A stretch of DNA of 64,000 nt from Patescibacteria group bacterium (GTDB taxonomy: Bacteria; Patescibacteriota; Minisyncoccia; Phycocordibacterales; PALSA-1337): positions 66,276-130,275 of the forward strand of contig JAGXAG010000002.1 in NCBI GenBank assembly GCA_018971685.1, given 5' to 3'. The first letter of the stretch is position 1, and the number at the start of each line of letters is the position of its first letter. Below are positions 16,749 through 28,743 of this stretch, piece by piece. The translations under genes were made by a program, and so were the position numbers. A model generated the notes under the pieces. It had not been told where the DNA came from. It ran no database searches and worked only from the letters and a program-made list of their open reading frames with translations.

Positions 16749-18083
16749 TCACTGCGCCGGCACAGGCGGTAGGTAAGAAAGTGGATTAAGATAAGCGTTA
16801 AAGCTGGCAAGCGGAATAATAGCGCCGTGGCAGTGTATGCTGGTGTCGAAAGTCGTGATCCGCACACCTTGTGTTGCGTATACACCAAAATGCAAGTGCG
16901 GGCCGGTAGTATAGCCGGTATTGCCGCTGTAGCCGATTATCTGTCCGGTCGTCACCACATCGCCCTTTTTGACCGATTGCACCGACAAGTGCGCGTAGAG
17001 CGTTGACAGGCCGTTCTTATGATCGATCATTATCCATTTGCCGAACGAATAACAGCCTGGGACGATGTCCGTGTTTTCCACACCGATCACCACACCCGAA
17101 AGCGATGCCATGACAGGCGTGCCTATCGAAGCGCGAAAATCAACCCCATTGTGCCCCATGCCGCCGTAAATCTGACTGTTGGCTGTAGCGAACGGCGTAT
17201 TGCCGAAATATTGCGTAATGAATATATTATCGAGCGGCCATGACAATATGGCTGTTCCAGTTGAAGGCAGTTTCGAAGTGTCAACGGTATATTTCAACTG
17301 TGATTCGTATTGGAGTACTTCCCTTTCGTAAGCATCCCGCATGGCCTGCTTCTCCGCCACGATATTTTTATATTGAGTTTCAGATTGCTTGGTTTCTTTC
17401 AGCAATTGATTTTTCTCCGACTGCGTGCCCAGGACTACTTGTCTCTGGTCTTTCAATTGGCTATTCAAATCGACCAGATCAGCCTTGGCTTTTTCCGAGG
17501 CTACCTTATTTGTTTCCAGATCAGTTTTGGCGGCCAGCAAGTCATTTATACGATTGACCAAGCTACTTTGAACTGTACCGAGCTGGTCCAGAGAATTCCA
17601 GGCCGAAGCCACCGAATCGCTGCCGAGAATTATCTCGACTACTGACGAATCGCTTTTTTGGTTGATCAATGCAAGCGAATTGGCAATGATGCGCCTGTCG
17701 TCGCTTATGGCGCCTTCCTTGTCGGAAATTTGCGACGATAACTGTTCGATCTCGTAAGTTTTGGCGGCGATTTTATTCTCGGTCACGCTGATATCGGCCT
17801 GCAATTTCTTTTGCGTTAGATCGAGCGACTTTACCGCTGCAGCGAGCGTGTCAGCTTGTCCGCTAAGGTCGTCAATCTGCCGTTGGTAGCCGGCAATTTC
17901 CTTTTCCAGCGCTTGAATGTCGGTATTGCGCTGGTTGATCTTAGATTGGAGGTCATTAGTAGTCTGCGCGTACGCAAACCTAGAGGATAAAAAACTGATG
18001 GGTAATATAATATATACAAATATGCGAATGATACGAATATTACAAATGCTCATGACATGATGTGGGACGAAGAATGATTTCAC
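16749..18083 (-). CDS. M23 family metallopeptidase with an N-terminal coiled-coil (EnvC/NlpD-like murein hydrolase)
   Basis: Signal sequence, a long coiled-coil, and a LytM domain (HNGVDF...IMIDH...GYSGNTGYTTGPHLHFGVY). Confidence 0.8.
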   Translation of the reverse strand: MKSFFVPHHVMSICNIRIIRIFVYIILPISFLSSRFAYAQTTNDLQSKINQRNTDIQALEKEIAGYQRQIDDLSGQADTLAAAVKSLDLTQKKLQADISVTENKIAAKTYEIEQLSSQISDKEGAISDDRRIIANSLALINQKSDSSVVEIILGSDSVASAWNSLDQLGTVQSSLVNRINDLLAAKTDLETNKVASEKAKADLVDLNSQLKDQRQVVLGTQSEKNQLLKETKQSETQYKNIVAEKQAMRDAYEREVLQYESQLKYTVDTSKLPSTGTAILSWPLDNIFITQYFGNTPFATANSQIYGGMGHNGVDFRASIGTPVMASLSGVVIGVENTDIVPGCYSFGKWIMIDHKNGLSTLYAHLSVQSVKKGDVVTTGQIIGYSGNTGYTTGPHLHFGVYATQGVRITTFDTSIHCHGAIIPLASFNAYLNPLSYLPPVPAQ

Positions 18084-18085
18084 GA

Positions 18086-19513
18086 TTACTGATTGGATAA
18101 ATTTTCAATAGCTTTGTGGATGCGTGACAATGATTCATTTTTGCCGAGGATAAAGGCGCAGACGAAAGGATCGGGTGATTTTTCTTGTCCGGTAAAAGCG
18201 ACACGCACGGGCCACAGGACATCGCCTTTGCCGTTGGCTTCTGCATAGCTCCACAAAGCGCTTTTAATGTTATCTGTGGTGAATTTATTTTCATCGACGG
18301 CGCTCAACAGTTTCGAAATTTCATTTAAGTGCCTTAAAGCGGTTTTCGGATCGGGATTTTTTTTCCAGAGAAGAGTCTCCTTGGCATAATCCGGCAAGTC
18401 CCTTACAAATGACAGTTCTCCGCCGGTTTCGAATAACATCGGAATTTCGCCGAAAGCGTGTATCTTATCCCTTATGAGTGGCATTATTTTAATGTTATTC
18501 CCGTTACCTCTAATGTCATTTCCGCGAAAGCGAGAATCCGGTAATTGCTCGCCGGTATTTGATACCCGCAGCCATTCAGGCATAAATTTACTCGCTTTAC
18601 CGATAAATTCTTCGTCATTTAATCTCATCAGGTACTGTCTATTGAACCACCTCAGTTTGTCTTGATTGAATACGGCACCGGCTTTTTGCACTTTTTCCAG
18701 ACTGAAAACTTCGGTTAATTCTTGCAGGTTGAATATTTCTCTGTCATCACCGGCATTCCAACCGAGAGAAGCGAGAAAATTGACAAAGGCTTCGGGAAGA
18801 TATCCGTTTCTTTGGTAATATTCAACAGAAACTATTTCGCCGTGTTTTCTTTTCGAAATTTTTTCTTTTTGTTCCGAAAGAATAAGCGGTATGTGAGCAT
18901 ATGACGGTCGTGGCGCTTCGCTTACGGCTTCCCATATGAGGATTTGCCGGGGCGTATTGGAAAGATGTTCTTCCCCCCTTATGATATGGGTTATGCCGGA
19001 ATTGATGTCGTCGATGACATTCGAAAAATGAAATATTGGTTCATCCAGGCTCTTTGCTATGACAAAATCTCCGAGTTCGGTGGTATTAAATTTAACCTCA
19101 CCTTTTATCAGGTCTTCGAATATTATGTCTTTATTATCATTCTTGAAACGAATAACCTCGCTCCTCTGCCCCTCTTCTCTAGGCTCTTCTTTTGATACAA
19201 ACGCTTTGCCGTTGGCAATAAGCTTTTCCAGATATTTTCTGTGAACTGGAAAATTCTCCGATTGTTTGTGAATTTGGTTGAACTTGATTCCAAGCCAATC
19301 GAACGCTTTTACGATACCTTCGGCGTATTCCGGCTTGTTTCTTTCAGCATCGGTGTCTTCTATGCGCAGAATGATCTTGCCACCGTTCTTCTTCGTAAAA
19401 AGATAGTTGAAAAGAGCTGTTCTGGCTCCTCCCACATGCAAAAATCCCGTCGGTGATGGCGCGAATCTGGTAACTATTTTTGTTCCGGAATAGATTTTGG
19501 CTTGTGAATCCAT
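18086..19513 (-). CDS. gltX: Glutamate--tRNA ligase
   Basis: RFAPSPTGFLHVGGARTALFNYLF (HIGH region) and the KISKRK (KMSKS-like) motif. Confidence 0.9.
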   Translation of the reverse strand: MDSQAKIYSGTKIVTRFAPSPTGFLHVGGARTALFNYLFTKKNGGKIILRIEDTDAERNKPEYAEGIVKAFDWLGIKFNQIHKQSENFPVHRKYLEKLIANGKAFVSKEEPREEGQRSEVIRFKNDNKDIIFEDLIKGEVKFNTTELGDFVIAKSLDEPIFHFSNVIDDINSGITHIIRGEEHLSNTPRQILIWEAVSEAPRPSYAHIPLILSEQKEKISKRKHGEIVSVEYYQRNGYLPEAFVNFLASLGWNAGDDREIFNLQELTEVFSLEKVQKAGAVFNQDKLRWFNRQYLMRLNDEEFIGKASKFMPEWLRVSNTGEQLPDSRFRGNDIRGNGNNIKIMPLIRDKIHAFGEIPMLFETGGELSFVRDLPDYAKETLLWKKNPDPKTALRHLNEISKLLSAVDENKFTTDNIKSALWSYAEANGKGDVLWPVRVAFTGQEKSPDPFVCAFILGKNESLSRIHKAIENLSNQ

Positions 19514-19660
19514 GGCTCAATTGTATCACGGAAATCTTTTATAATCCCGTAAAAAATTGTGCCCACAGGTTTGGTACCGATGGACTTTGCGGCTACCCAG
19601 AATCGCCGCATCCTGAAAGAACGAAGGTAACCACTCATACTGGGTGTGATGGGTTACTGA

Positions 19661-19686
19661 AAAACCGGCCACAAAAGCCGGTTTTT
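19661..19686. terminator. Rho-independent terminator (CCGGC-CACAAAA-GCCGG followed by T5 and preceded by A4)
   Basis: A hairpin plus a U-tract downstream of the stop of the 19710-20207 minus-strand gene. Confidence 0.5.
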
Positions 19687-19709
19687 CATTCTCTGGACTT
19701 GAGCGGATA

Positions 19710-20207
19710 TTAACCCTTGACTCCGACATTGGCCGTGACGGTGGCGTGGAAAATCTTCATGATAACATTGCCATTCGCGTCTTTGATCGGTTGGTCGGCC
19801 GTAGCGCTGAATTTGCCACTACCGTTGTCTGTGTACATAACTGCATAGTAAGTGCCACCATCAATGGTCGGCTGAGTCAGAATAACTTTGACGGGAGCAA
19901 TGCCGGCATCAGCATGGGCCGAACCAATAATTGCGCCCGGTTGGCCATTATTGTCTTTTTGAATAACGATCCAAGTTGGTTGTGCCGCCTGCACGGACGA
20001 AATGTAGACGACATTGCCGGGGAATTGGTCGCTCACTATAACGCCGTTGGCGGTTTGCATAGTGGTCGTAGCTACAGTTGTCGGCTCTGTCGTCGGCGCC
20101 TCTGTCTTCTTGCCGCCAAATACAAATATGCCGATGACGATAAGGGCGACAATGACAATAACAGTAATCACCCACTGCCATGTCTTGACACCTGATTCTG
20201 GTTGCAT
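19710..20207 (-). CDS. Hypothetical membrane-anchored extracytoplasmic protein
   Basis: 165 aa with an N-terminal TM helix, a Thr-rich linker and a beta-rich domain. No family recognised. Confidence 0.45.
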   Translation of the reverse strand: MQPESGVKTWQWVITVIVIVALIVIGIFVFGGKKTEAPTTEPTTVATTTMQTANGVIVSDQFPGNVVYISSVQAAQPTWIVIQKDNNGQPGAIIGSAHADAGIAPVKVILTQPTIDGGTYYAVMYTDNGSGKFSATADQPIKDANGNVIMKIFHATVTANVGVKG

Positions 20208-20348
20208 GTTGTTAAAATATTGTTAATTAAAGCTTTTAATTTCGACTTTGGTTATGAGACTATTATAGCACATATTGTCTTTGGCAATGCAATATTGACA
20301 ATCTGTTAACAAATCTGTGCATATCGAAGTAATTTTTCTATGAACTGA

Positions 20349-21482
20349 TTACTTTTCGTGTTCCAACGCTATATCCAGCAACGCGTCCGCGATGATATTG
20401 GCGCTGTCCAATCTTGCGAACGCCCTCGCGCGTTCTTTCATCGTATATGTTATTGCCGGCGAATCATAAATGCGATTAATTTCCTCGATCAAAATATGCG
20501 CGCTCAGATTGTCTTGTTCGATAATCGAAGCTGCACCAGTCCTGGAGTAAGCAAAAGCGTTCATAGTCTGGTCATGGCTTATCGAATCAGGCAGCGGGAT
20601 AATGATTGACGGTATGCCCCAAGATGCTATTTCAAATATAGTCGAGCCAGCTCTCGACACCACTATATTTGCAGTGCCGGCAGACATTCGAAGCGCAAGT
20701 TCATTCAGATAATCAAATGGGTGGTATCTATTCGCATTTTTATGGCCTTTCAATATGACTGATGTTGTCTGTTTTATTTCTTCCAAATTTGCTTTGCCGG
20801 TCTGATGTATGATTTGAAATTTATTGAGCAGCTCAGGTAATGCCTCCAAAATAGCGTCGTTGATGGCTTGAGCGCCTTGCGAACCGCCCAGGATGAGCAC
20901 TACCGGCGTATTTTCTTCAAGTCCCAGGAATTCCCTGGCGCCGTTAGAAAGCGGCACAGCAACCTCTTTTCTGATAGGATTGCCGGTATAAGCGATCTTC
21001 TCCTTATCGACCTTGAAATATTGCGCCGCGTCGGGATATGACAAAGCAATTTTGCGCGCGAATTTTCCGGCCCAAGCATTCACTTTGCCTGGTTTTGAAT
21101 CGGATTCGTGAATAACTACCGGAATCCCGAGTGTTTTTGCGGCGAATAAAGTCGGAAAGCTTGCATAGCCGCCTTTACCGAATATGACATCCGGAAAAAG
21201 CGAATATATCTTCAGTAGCGCGGTAAGGCACCCGGCGACGGTTTTCATGCCATCGGTTATGTTCAGGACAGAAAAATAACGCCGTATCTTTCCTGCCGGA
21301 ATATTGATGTACTCCAATTCATTGTCGAACAATGCCCTGGGATTGTATTTACTCGGCGCGGCGTAATAGAGCAATGGCCGCAGGATTTTACGTTCTTTAG
21401 CTTTCTCCATAACAGCCTGTGCCACCGCGACGATTGGGTAAAAATGTCCGCCCGTGCCCCCGCCGGTAAATAGGATTTTCAT
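20349..21482 (-). CDS. murG: Undecaprenyldiphospho-muramoylpentapeptide beta-N-acetylglucosaminyltransferase MurG
   Basis: MKILFTGGGTGGHFYP, GGSQGA and overall GT28 architecture. Confidence 0.85.
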   Translation of the reverse strand: MKILFTGGGTGGHFYPIVAVAQAVMEKAKERKILRPLLYYAAPSKYNPRALFDNELEYINIPAGKIRRYFSVLNITDGMKTVAGCLTALLKIYSLFPDVIFGKGGYASFPTLFAAKTLGIPVVIHESDSKPGKVNAWAGKFARKIALSYPDAAQYFKVDKEKIAYTGNPIRKEVAVPLSNGAREFLGLEENTPVVLILGGSQGAQAINDAILEALPELLNKFQIIHQTGKANLEEIKQTTSVILKGHKNANRYHPFDYLNELALRMSAGTANIVVSRAGSTIFEIASWGIPSIIIPLPDSISHDQTMNAFAYSRTGAASIIEQDNLSAHILIEEINRIYDSPAITYTMKERARAFARLDSANIIADALLDIALEHEK

Positions 21483-21532
21483 GCAATCATTATATATTAC
21501 CCGGTCAAGGTTGACAAAATATCAGTCCGCAT

Positions 21533-22633
21533 TCAATTACTAGAATATTTTGAGACATTTGCGACAATACCGGCGGCGGCGAGTGTAATGATAAGGGCTG
21601 TGCCGCCGTGAGAAATAAACAGGAGTGGTACTCCGGAGAGCGGGACAAGACCGAGCATGGCGCCCATGTTTAGAAATGATTCCGTGACTATAAGTACACC
21701 GATACCTACAGCCAGCATTCCGCCGAAGGTATCAGGTGCGCGTGCGCCTATACGAAACGAAGCAATCGAGAAGAACAGATACAATGCCAGCAAGAAAATA
21801 CCGCCGACAAAGCCGAATTCTTCGGCCGCGACCGCGAAGATCGAATCGTCGGTCGGTTGAGGCAAGTAACCGAATTTCTGTATGCTCTGTCCGAAGCCGC
21901 GACCAACAAATCGACCAGATCCGATCGCGATCAGCGACTGGTTTATCTGATACCCCGCGCCTTGCGTATCACTGCCGCGGTCAAAAAACACTTTGACTCT
22001 CTCTAGTGCGTATGGCCGAAATACGATAACGCCCGCTACCAAAATGACAAGTAACGCACCGGCCAGAAACATATGCTTCATCGGCAGTCCGGCTATCAAG
22101 AACATCACCAATCCCGTGAAGCTGATGATAACCAGCGTATCAGTGTCGGACTGGATCAGCAGCAATATGCTCAACACCGCCACGAGTACGACGAAAGGTA
22201 CGAGTCCGAATTTTAGAGTTTTAACCTTTTCTTTGACATGTTGTAGCCACGCAGCCACATATATGATGAAAGCAATCTTCAAGAATTCCGACGGCTGAAA
22301 AGTCAAAAAGCCGAGATTGATCCACCGTGACGCGCCGCCGTGATACAGCGAAAGCTTCGGTATGAACAGCAACAAATTCAATACAATCGCCAATGACAAT
22401 ACAAAAAAAGCTGTCTTGCGCCAAAATGAATACTTGACGCGCGACAAAATGAAAAAAGCGGCCGCGCCAATTAGCAAGCTGACAGCTTGTTTCATTGCGA
22501 TCGTGCCGAAACTAGCGCCATTCTGCGCCAATAGGCCGAGCGAAGCTGACAAGAATATTACGAAGCCGGCCAGTGTCAGTACGGCGACGGAGGCCAGAAA
22601 AAACCGATCAATTTTGAGCGAGTTTGAAGCCAT
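21533..22633 (-). CDS. ftsW: SEDS-family peptidoglycan glycosyltransferase (FtsW/RodA), called FtsW from its adjacency to murG
   Basis: A 10-TM protein with SEDS conserved blocks, immediately upstream of murG. Confidence 0.8.
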   Translation of the reverse strand: MASNSLKIDRFFLASVAVLTLAGFVIFLSASLGLLAQNGASFGTIAMKQAVSLLIGAAAFFILSRVKYSFWRKTAFFVLSLAIVLNLLLFIPKLSLYHGGASRWINLGFLTFQPSEFLKIAFIIYVAAWLQHVKEKVKTLKFGLVPFVVLVAVLSILLLIQSDTDTLVIISFTGLVMFLIAGLPMKHMFLAGALLVILVAGVIVFRPYALERVKVFFDRGSDTQGAGYQINQSLIAIGSGRFVGRGFGQSIQKFGYLPQPTDDSIFAVAAEEFGFVGGIFLLALYLFFSIASFRIGARAPDTFGGMLAVGIGVLIVTESFLNMGAMLGLVPLSGVPLLFISHGGTALIITLAAAGIVANVSKYSSN

Positions 22634-23138
22634 TTATATCTTTTTTCACCTGTTCGAATTCCGGCAGCTCGTCTATTTTAGAAACGCCGAGATAAGCCAA
22701 TAATTCCAGAGTCGGCTTGTACAAAAAGCTTCGCTGGTCTTCGGGGTTTTCGACTCTTTCGGCCAATCCTCGGATCAAGAGAGCGCGCAAGATAAATTGC
22801 GAATTGACGCCGCGAATGTAGTCTATCTCGACGCGGCTGATCGGGCCTTGGTATAAGATTATTGACAAGGTCTCGAGCCCGGCTTTGCCTAAGTCGCGCG
22901 AGAGTTCGTCTTTGGCCAGCTGTTCTATGAGCGACGACAGTTCTTTGGAAGTACCGAGCACAACTTCATCGTCGGTTTCTACCAGCGAAAGTCCCCTGCC
23001 CTTCAGTTGGCTTTTCAGTTCAGCAAGGCCGTTTTTGGCGGCTTCAACATTGACGCCTAGCAGTTGCGCCAATTTCTTCACGGCGACCGGTTCGGCTTTC
23101 CAAAACAACACGGCTTCGATCTTTTGCACAAGTTCCAT
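22608..23138 (-). CDS. scpB: Segregation and condensation protein B
   Basis: Tandem winged-helix ScpB (KIEAVLFWKAEPVAV ... ISRVEIDYIRGVNSQFILRAL). Confidence 0.8.
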   Translation of the reverse strand: MELVQKIEAVLFWKAEPVAVKKLAQLLGVNVEAAKNGLAELKSQLKGRGLSLVETDDEVVLGTSKELSSLIEQLAKDELSRDLGKAGLETLSIILYQGPISRVEIDYIRGVNSQFILRALLIRGLAERVENPEDQRSFLYKPTLELLAYLGVSKIDELPEFEQVKKDINGFKLAQN

Positions 23139-23186
23139 TCAGTTATTATAACAAAAATATTAACCTATGGTACCGCGCCGCCGATA

Positions 23187-23909
23187 TCAATAAGTAGGCA
23201 CGCTGACTTCTTTGGTTTCCATTTGGATGTCATCAAAAGCTTTTTCTTGAGTAACACGCAAAATGCCGTTTTTTACCAATTCAAGCATGGCCAAAAAACT
23301 GACGATGATATTGACGCGATCGCCTTTGTGCTCGCCGGCAAAGTCCTTGAAGCTCATGCGGAGACGTTTATTGATGCGTTCGGAGAGCGTGTCTACCATT
23401 TCCTCGAGACTGATGACTTTCTTTACTACGGTTTGCGGCAAAGTTTCTTTCTTCGGCAAACGATCGAGCAAATCTTTGAGCGTATGCAAAGCTTTTTCCA
23501 AGGTAAATTCCTGGTTTGGCACGAATACTGGCTCCATCGACCGAGATTGCGACTGTTGAAAGATGATCTCGGCGCCGAACATCCGTTCTATGTGTTTGCC
23601 GGCTTCTTTGATGCGCTTGAATATTTTGAGCCTTGTCTCCAGATCATGGATGTCGCTTTGTTCTTCTTGGGTCAGATTCAATTCTGGTAACAATGACTTT
23701 GACTTGATAAGCAATAGGGTAGATGCAACCAGAATGAAATGCGCGGATTCGCCCATCGGCAAGTTTTCATATTGCTTTATGTGCGCGATGAAATCGTCGG
23801 TGACTTTTGCAAGCGAAATGTCGTTGATGAAAAGTTTGCGCTTTTCGATTAGCTCGAGCAATAAATCAAGGGGACCTTCGAAGCTTATGGTTTTTACCGT
23901 GAATGGCAT
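23187..23909 (-). CDS. scpA: Segregation and condensation protein A
   Basis: FEGPLDLLLELIEKRKLFINDISLAKVTDDF matches the ScpA N-terminus. It sits upstream of scpB. Confidence 0.8.
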   Translation of the reverse strand: MPFTVKTISFEGPLDLLLELIEKRKLFINDISLAKVTDDFIAHIKQYENLPMGESAHFILVASTLLLIKSKSLLPELNLTQEEQSDIHDLETRLKIFKRIKEAGKHIERMFGAEIIFQQSQSRSMEPVFVPNQEFTLEKALHTLKDLLDRLPKKETLPQTVVKKVISLEEMVDTLSERINKRLRMSFKDFAGEHKGDRVNIIVSFLAMLELVKNGILRVTQEKAFDDIQMETKEVSVPTY

Positions 23910-23911
23910 AT

Positions 23912-24889
23912 TTAATTCACCTGCACACCAATCGCTTTTTTCGCCAAAGATAACTTCGCATCCGCTTTTATCTTCGCTTTATCCGCTCCGTCGGCTAATA
24001 CTTTCAGCACGGCATTTTCGTCTTTCGCCAATTCAGCGCGCTTTTCTCGGAGAGGTTTGATAAACACACCAATATCTTCAATCAGAGCCTCTTTCAAAAC
24101 TTTGTATTTACCTTTATTTGCTTCATAAAGCGGCTTCAATTCGGACTCCGATTTGAATAATTTGTGAATGGCATAAACATTCTTCGGAATCTCCGAGTCT
24201 GAATCCGTCACAATGCTCATAACCGCTTTCTCAATATCTGCGCGACTAGCGAATAATTCTATGGTATTGCCGTAGCTTTTTGACATTTTTCTGCCATCAA
24301 TTCCTGGTACGGTAGCCACATCTTCCATGATAAGAGGTTCGGGCAATTTGAAGACACCGCCTTGGTCGCATTCGTTACCATTGCAAAATGTGTTGTTGAA
24401 TTTTTGCGCAATATCGCGTGCATACTCGACATGTTGCTTTTGATCCTGGCCGACGGGTACAACATCGGCATCATATAGTAATATGTCGGCGGCCATGAGT
24501 ACCGGATAATTGAATGTGCCTACATTTATCTCTTTATTCTTGGCTACGGCATCTTTGTAAGCATGGGCTCTCTGCAAATATGGCACGGTCACAATAGTGT
24601 CAAAAATCCATGCGAGCTCAGTATGAGCCGATATATCAGATTGTTTGAAAAGCGTAGCCTTATTTGGGTCTAGTCCGATCGCGAGGTAATCGATCGCCAG
24701 ATCGAGAGTATTTCTTTTCATCTCCTCGGCGTTTTGGATCAAATTCAAGGCATGATAGTCGGCGATGAAGAAGTAACATTCATAGTCGCCGGAATTAAGT
24801 AGCTGTACGAACTGTCTCATGGCGCCAAAATAATTGCCGATATGCGGCCTGCCAGTTGGTTTTACTCCGGAAAGTAAGATTTTTTTCAT
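23912..24889 (-). CDS. trpS: Tryptophan--tRNA ligase
   Basis: KPTGRPHIGNYFGA (HIGH) and KMSKSYGN (KMSKS). Confidence 0.9.
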   Translation of the reverse strand: MKKILLSGVKPTGRPHIGNYFGAMRQFVQLLNSGDYECYFFIADYHALNLIQNAEEMKRNTLDLAIDYLAIGLDPNKATLFKQSDISAHTELAWIFDTIVTVPYLQRAHAYKDAVAKNKEINVGTFNYPVLMAADILLYDADVVPVGQDQKQHVEYARDIAQKFNNTFCNGNECDQGGVFKLPEPLIMEDVATVPGIDGRKMSKSYGNTIELFASRADIEKAVMSIVTDSDSEIPKNVYAIHKLFKSESELKPLYEANKGKYKVLKEALIEDIGVFIKPLREKRAELAKDENAVLKVLADGADKAKIKADAKLSLAKKAIGVQVN

Positions 24890-24901
24890 AATACAATTAT
24901 A

Positions 24902-25828
24902 TCACAACCCTTCCCCTTTCAACCTTTCAATCAATTCTTGCGCCTGCCTGCTCAACTTCTTGGGCATATTCACATGTGTGACAATAAGGAGATCGCCGCG
25001 TTTATTGCCGTATGGCACGCCCTTGCCTTTCAGGCGAAGAATTTCGCCGTGGGTAGTGCCTTGGGGGATCTTGAGTTCAATGTTGCCGTCGAGAGTCTCT
25101 ATCTCGATAGTGCCGCCCAGAAGCGCCGTGGACAATCTCACATTCAGATTCATGACTAGATGGAATCCTTCCTTCCTGATACTCGGGTGCTCTTTTACCC
25201 AGATTCTGACTACTAGGTCGCCGGGTATTCCATTTTGGTCGTTCGAAGGCTCGCCTTTGCCTGCGATTCGCAGACCTTGGCCGTTCTCTATGCCGGGCGG
25301 GATCTTGACCAGCAGCCTTTCCTTCCTACCCCCGACGACGACCTCTTTTTCAACGCCGAATACAGATTCCTTGAATGAAATTTCCATGTCCACGGTTATG
25401 TTCTTGCCTCTTCTGGCATGTTTCCTGCCGCCGAAAAATTCGCCGAATATGTCGCCCAAGTCGAATTCCACGCCCTGGCCGCCGGTAAAATTAGAGAAAT
25501 CAAAATGAAATCCTTGTCCGTTCGTGCCTTGGGTTGAGAATCCTTGGAAACCGTGGCCGAAATCAAATCCGCCGAATCCTTGTCCGGCGGCGCCGGCATT
25601 CGGGTTGAATCCATGACCAGCAGAGCCGAACATGTCATACTGCTTGCGCTTGTTGTCATCCGACAGCACCGAATACGCCTCGCTCGCCTCCTTGAAGCGC
25701 TTTTCTGCCTCCGGATTGCCCTTGTTCTTGTCCGGATGATTCTCGTGCGCCAACTTCCTGAACGCCTTTTTGACATCGTCCTTGGAGGCGCTTTTGTCCA
25801 CCCCCAGAATTTTGTAGTAGTCTTTCAT
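24902..25828 (-). CDS. dnaJ: J-domain co-chaperone, DnaJ/CbpA type without a zinc-finger domain
   Basis: J-domain with HPD (DYYKILGV...HPDKN), a G/F-rich region and two C-terminal beta-sandwich domains. No CxxCxGxG repeats are present. Confidence 0.8.
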   Translation of the reverse strand: MKDYYKILGVDKSASKDDVKKAFRKLAHENHPDKNKGNPEAEKRFKEASEAYSVLSDDNKRKQYDMFGSAGHGFNPNAGAAGQGFGGFDFGHGFQGFSTQGTNGQGFHFDFSNFTGGQGVEFDLGDIFGEFFGGRKHARRGKNITVDMEISFKESVFGVEKEVVVGGRKERLLVKIPPGIENGQGLRIAGKGEPSNDQNGIPGDLVVRIWVKEHPSIRKEGFHLVMNLNVRLSTALLGGTIEIETLDGNIELKIPQGTTHGEILRLKGKGVPYGNKRGDLLIVTHVNMPKKLSRQAQELIERLKGEGL

Positions 25829-25904
25829 ATTAATTCTTTCTTAAGTTTTATGGTGACCGTTCCTTTCACCCTACCATAAGCACGCTTTCTTACTTCTTCT
25901 CCTT

Positions 25905-25955
25905 GAACTCTGCCCCTCACCCTCGCTTTGCTCGGGTTCGGGGCCTGGAGTTTTT
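25905..25955. repeat. GC-rich repeat-family fragment in the dnaK-dnaJ spacer
   Basis: CCTCGCTTTGCTCGGGTTCGGGG resembles copy A TATCGCTTCGCTCGATGCGGGG. The flanks are AT-rich. Confidence 0.4.
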
Positions 25956-25962
25956 TGTTAAT

Positions 25963-27876
<1,914 letters not shown>

Positions 27877-27928
27877 AATATTGACAATTATTTACTGATA
27901 TGCTATTAAATATGCAGACAAAACAGGT

Positions 27929-28474
27929 ATGAACACACAACTTGGAGAACTTCTGAAACACGCTCGACAGTTAATCGGCAAGACGATCAAACAGATTTCC
28001 GATGAGACCGGTGTTGACAGAACGGTCTTGTGCAGAATGGAAAACAATCATCGAAAATGTCCTCGCAAGAAAGTCATGGCCATTGCATTGGCGTATGGAC
28101 TTACGAAGGAGCAAATTCTATCTGCCGGTCTTTCAGTAGACAGCGCGGTCATGACTGAAAACATCGCTGGCCTTTTCTTTTTACCTCCAATTTCAATCCA
28201 CCGCCACCAACTTGCTCGGACTAGTGTGTCCATGAATGATCATCACAGACCGGTTTGGATACATGCTCCTAAGGATTTCAATGACCCGATGATTTGCCTG
28301 ATTTCTCTCCGCTTTTTCTCGGACACTAATAATAAAGTGATCACTGCTTTCTTTGATCACCGATTCTTCGCGCGAGTTTGGCTTGACTCTGACCTTGATA
28401 TACATCGCGCGGTTTATCGAAAAGCGGGCGCGCGAGTCGGTTGGCTGTTTATGAGAAATTCCATGGAGAAATAG
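27929..28474 (+). CDS. XRE-family helix-turn-helix protein; only the N-terminal ~70 aa are convincing
   Basis: LGELLKHARQLIGKTIKQISDETGVDRTVLCRMENN is a classic HTH_3 (XRE) motif. The C-terminal half overlaps the antisense DUF167 gene and looks non-proteinaceous. Confidence 0.4.
   Translation: MNTQLGELLKHARQLIGKTIKQISDETGVDRTVLCRMENNHRKCPRKKVMAIALAYGLTKEQILSAGLSVDSAVMTENIAGLFFLPPISIHRHQLARTSVSMNDHHRPVWIHAPKDFNDPMICLISLRFFSDTNNKVITAFFDHRFFARVWLDSDLDIHRAVYRKAGARVGWLFMRNSMEK
28193..28405 (-). CDS. DUF167 / YggU-family (UPF0235) small protein
   Basis: MYIKVRVKPNSREESV...ISVREKAERNQANHRVIEIL...VMIIHGHTSPSKLVAV parallels E. coli YggU block by block. Confidence 0.55.
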   Translation of the reverse strand: MYIKVRVKPNSREESVIKESSDHFIISVREKAERNQANHRVIEILRSMYPNRSVMIIHGHTSPSKLVAVD

Positions 28475-28728
28475 GGCGAGACGAAAGATTTACGATTTAT
28501 GAGATGCGATTCGATGGGCGCGCGGCCTGCGAGCGTGGCGCATTGCAGGCATGTGAAAGATTCGCGCGCAGAGACAGAGCCTCGGATAAGCGCGATCGGC
28601 TCGGCGGAAACAATCCGTCCTTTGACTTCCCCATTGATATAAGAGACCGCGAAAATCACCCGGAATTGGTGGCCGAAGTCGTCATAAATGATTTTCTCGA
28701 TAAATTGCGGGCGATAAGGGGTTAACAT
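28414..28728 (-). CDS. Hypothetical protein, weakly RelE/ParE-like
   Basis: 104-aa ORF 9 nt upstream of the DUF167 gene. FRVIFAVSYINGEVKGRIV loosely resembles the RelE core. Confidence 0.3.
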   Translation of the reverse strand: MLTPYRPQFIEKIIYDDFGHQFRVIFAVSYINGEVKGRIVSAEPIALIRGSVSARESFTCLQCATLAGRAPIESHLINRKSFVSPYFSMEFLINSQPTRAPAFR

Positions 28729-28743
28729 GTGATTATTTTACGA

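Noticed and set aside
19525-19660. A possible T-box, riboswitch or tRNA-like leader upstream of gltX (hairpins GCGGC..GCCGC and GTAACC..GGTTAC)
   Set aside because: There is no T-box consensus (AATTAGGGTGGTACCGCG) or recognisable riboswitch core. The hairpins are adequately explained as the terminator of the upstream gene plus the gltX promoter region.
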